NCBI GenBank assembly: GCA_030704615.1
Contig: CM060733.1
Coordinates: 7,440,001-7,504,000 of the forward strand
Length of the DNA: 64,000 nt
Direction of reading: 5' to 3'
From: Takakia lepidozioides
Taxonomy: Eukaryota > Plantae > Bryophyta
Below, in pieces: positions 61,931 to 64,000 of this stretch. The notes under the pieces are model-generated. The model made no database searches and was not told the origin of the DNA. It worked only from the letters and a program-made list of their open reading frames with translations. Position numbers and translations under genes: made by a program. Every line of letters begins with the position of its first letter. Within the stretch, counting starts at the first letter, position 1.

Positions 61931-62710
61931 GGGCCGTGGGTCTGGGGTTCAATCCCCTATGTTCGTTTCGTCTTCCTTCGGTGGTGGCTCAGAAAGGGTG
62001 TTAATTTTCCCTCTCATGGTGCCGTAGCCGTCGCTCAGGCTTCCTTTAAAAAAGAAAAAGAAAAATGAATGGTACCCAGTGCTTTGCAGCTGTCCCTTGG
62101 TGGCTGGCTCCCCATCATTGTTTTGCCTTGTGAGGTCCTCGTTCTCCATTTTATTCATTTGAGTAACAGGGCCTCCTTGGTCCCGAAATGGAAACAATAA
62201 TGAAAAATTCATGACACGCTATACGCATGCTAACTGGTTGGTGCACGGATACCTAGGTCACCAAGTAGGTAGGTAGGTAGATTGGCAGGTAGGTATACGT
62301 GTAGTAGAGTGTAGGCAGGTAGGTACCTGAATCCGACATGGAAGTAGTCTACGGATATGGCCGCGGCATTGCAGACACTCGCCTTCTCAGATATGCTCTC
62401 TGAAATCTTCTGTGAGATCTACACAAGAGAGGTGAGCAAGAGATTTCTGTGCTACAACAGAGAGAGGAAGGAAGAAGCTGCATTCAAGTCTAGTGAATAG
62501 ATATTTGAAGAGTTTGATTCTTTCATCGAGAAGAGAGAACGAGTTTTTTGGAAGATTAAATTGCTTGAAAAAAGTGGGATGTTTGAAGGTTGCGGGAGAG
62601 AGAGGGGATGAAATTGGCGGAGCTGATGAGTGTTAGCTGTTAAGAGGGAAGAGGGATTGGGCGAGAGAGGGGGAAGACGTTGCTGGAGCTGAAATATACA
62701 TTCTGTGGCT

Positions 62711-63959
62711 ATGGCGGCCTCCCTCTCCTCGCCGATGGGGGCATTGCGGCATGCTGACCTGCCTCATACTTCTCTAAGCGTGCCTCTGCCGTCGTCGTCG
62801 GCTTCTAGTTCTCACACACTCTCAGCTTCCAGATCGTGCCTCTTTGCAAAGGAGTTGAATGGATTCAGAGAGTTGAAGTGCTCGAAGACGGTGCCTGCCA
62901 CTGCTCGTCCTCAGGTGTGTTTTCAGCTTCGTACCTGGTGGACTTGTTTGATGAAATACAAGAGAGTTGTCTATGCGTGTGAGAGAGCGGCACCTATGAT
63001 GTGATGTGACTGGCGAATCCGGGTAACATCTCTCAAGCGAATGCTGTTTTTCCTGTAGTGTATGTGGATTTGGAATCATTGCTTGCGCTGTAATGTTGCA
63101 GGGGAGGAAGATAGTCGCAGCAGCTAAAGCTGACGATGGCGAGTATGCTGCAGAGAAGCCTCCCACACCTCTCTTGGACACCATCAATTACCCGGTTCAC
63201 ATGAAGAATTTGACCTTACGAGTATGTGAATCGCGTGATTTCAATCCTTTCGTATGTTAACATGTTTTATCTCCATGACCATGGCCCAAAGAGGTGGGAT
63301 TGAATTGTCGTATGGTCAAATCTTACAGATTTGCGACTTTACAACCTCCATTGAGTGTGTCTGGTTGAAAGATTGAGCACTCTGGTTGATGCATCTAGCC
63401 AAAATATAGGAAGTATACTCCGAGGACATGATATTTTGAGTTGGAAGTCAAGCAACATCCTACTGTAATTAAGTCCATGGGTCTTTGAGCTTGTCAGGAA
63501 ATGTGAAGACTGTATATATAGCCTTGGGAAAAGACCATGCTAACAAAATATTGAAATATGCCCCCCTTCTCTCCCCCCACCCACCCCACCACAAGGCATC
63601 GCTCACAGTTGTCATGTTCACTTGGTTGCCTGAACAACAATTTTCAGTGATACCCTTGTCAGTTTTCCTGCTACAGAAGCATGATCATTCTTCAAGGAAC
63701 TCCTTTTTGGCTTGGCCCTGTAGTAGAATCATCTTGTTTGGCACTTCTAGAGCCAGGCCAGATATAATGTGGGATTGTGGTACCTTCATTTCAGGAGTTA
63801 AGGCAGCTTTCAGATGAATTGCGATCTGAGACAATCTTTACAGTCTCAAGGACAGGTGGTCACCTAGGTTCCAGCTTGGGTGTGGTGGAGCTTACTGTTG
63901 CCCTTCACCATGTTTTCAATACACCAGAGGACAAGATTCTGTGGGATGTTGGCCATCAG
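62711..63959 (+). CDS. DXS: 1-deoxy-D-xylulose-5-phosphate synthase, exons 1-3 (gene continues beyond the window)
   Basis: Exons 62711-62914 (Ser-rich transit peptide), 63102-63221 ([19 protein letters not shown]) and 63795-63959 ([46 protein letters not shown]), in frame with GT-AG introns. Confidence 0.96.
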
Positions 63960-64000
63960 GTATGTCTCCTTTTCTTCACTTGGCTTAAAGCACTGGAAGT

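Overview
Eukaryotic land-plant genomic DNA, judged from GT-AG introns, a plastid-targeted DXS gene at the right end and PPR/pGlcT fragments at the left. About 56 kb (4.9-60.6 kb) is one five-level transposon nest whose order can be rebuilt from target-site duplications (TSDs). A Copia element contains Mutator-like element E1. E1 contains a young Gypsy chromovirus (TSD CAGAG). The chromovirus contains two further Mutator-like copies: E2 (14823-39203, TSD AAGTCATAG) and E3 (45147-55341, TSD CCAAAAGGC). E2 in turn contains a second Gypsy element and a solo LTR. The segment 56127-60565 was later inverted. Two candidate new systems stand out. (1) The Mutator-like family pairs a GCM-like/DDE/SWIM transposase head-to-head with a multi-exon gene for a ParB/Srx-like domain fused to a beta-class N4/N6 DNA-methyltransferase-like domain. 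The introns of that gene carry arrays of a 24-bp palindrome (10-bp arms, CG-N4-CG core) whose arm sequence differs in each copy, and in E3 it has expanded into a 116-bp satellite. This is reminiscent of ParB/parS. (2) The second Gypsy element encodes a C5-cytosine methyltransferase between protease and RT and a PHD finger after integrase. It also has split direct repeats instead of normal LTRs, an 18-bp self-complementary candidate primer site, and host-gene fragments (RPS18, ISD11, MAD1-like, LUC7-like) in its leader. All domain calls come from motif recognition by eye. The TE ORFs contain frameshifts or stops, some of which could be assembly errors.
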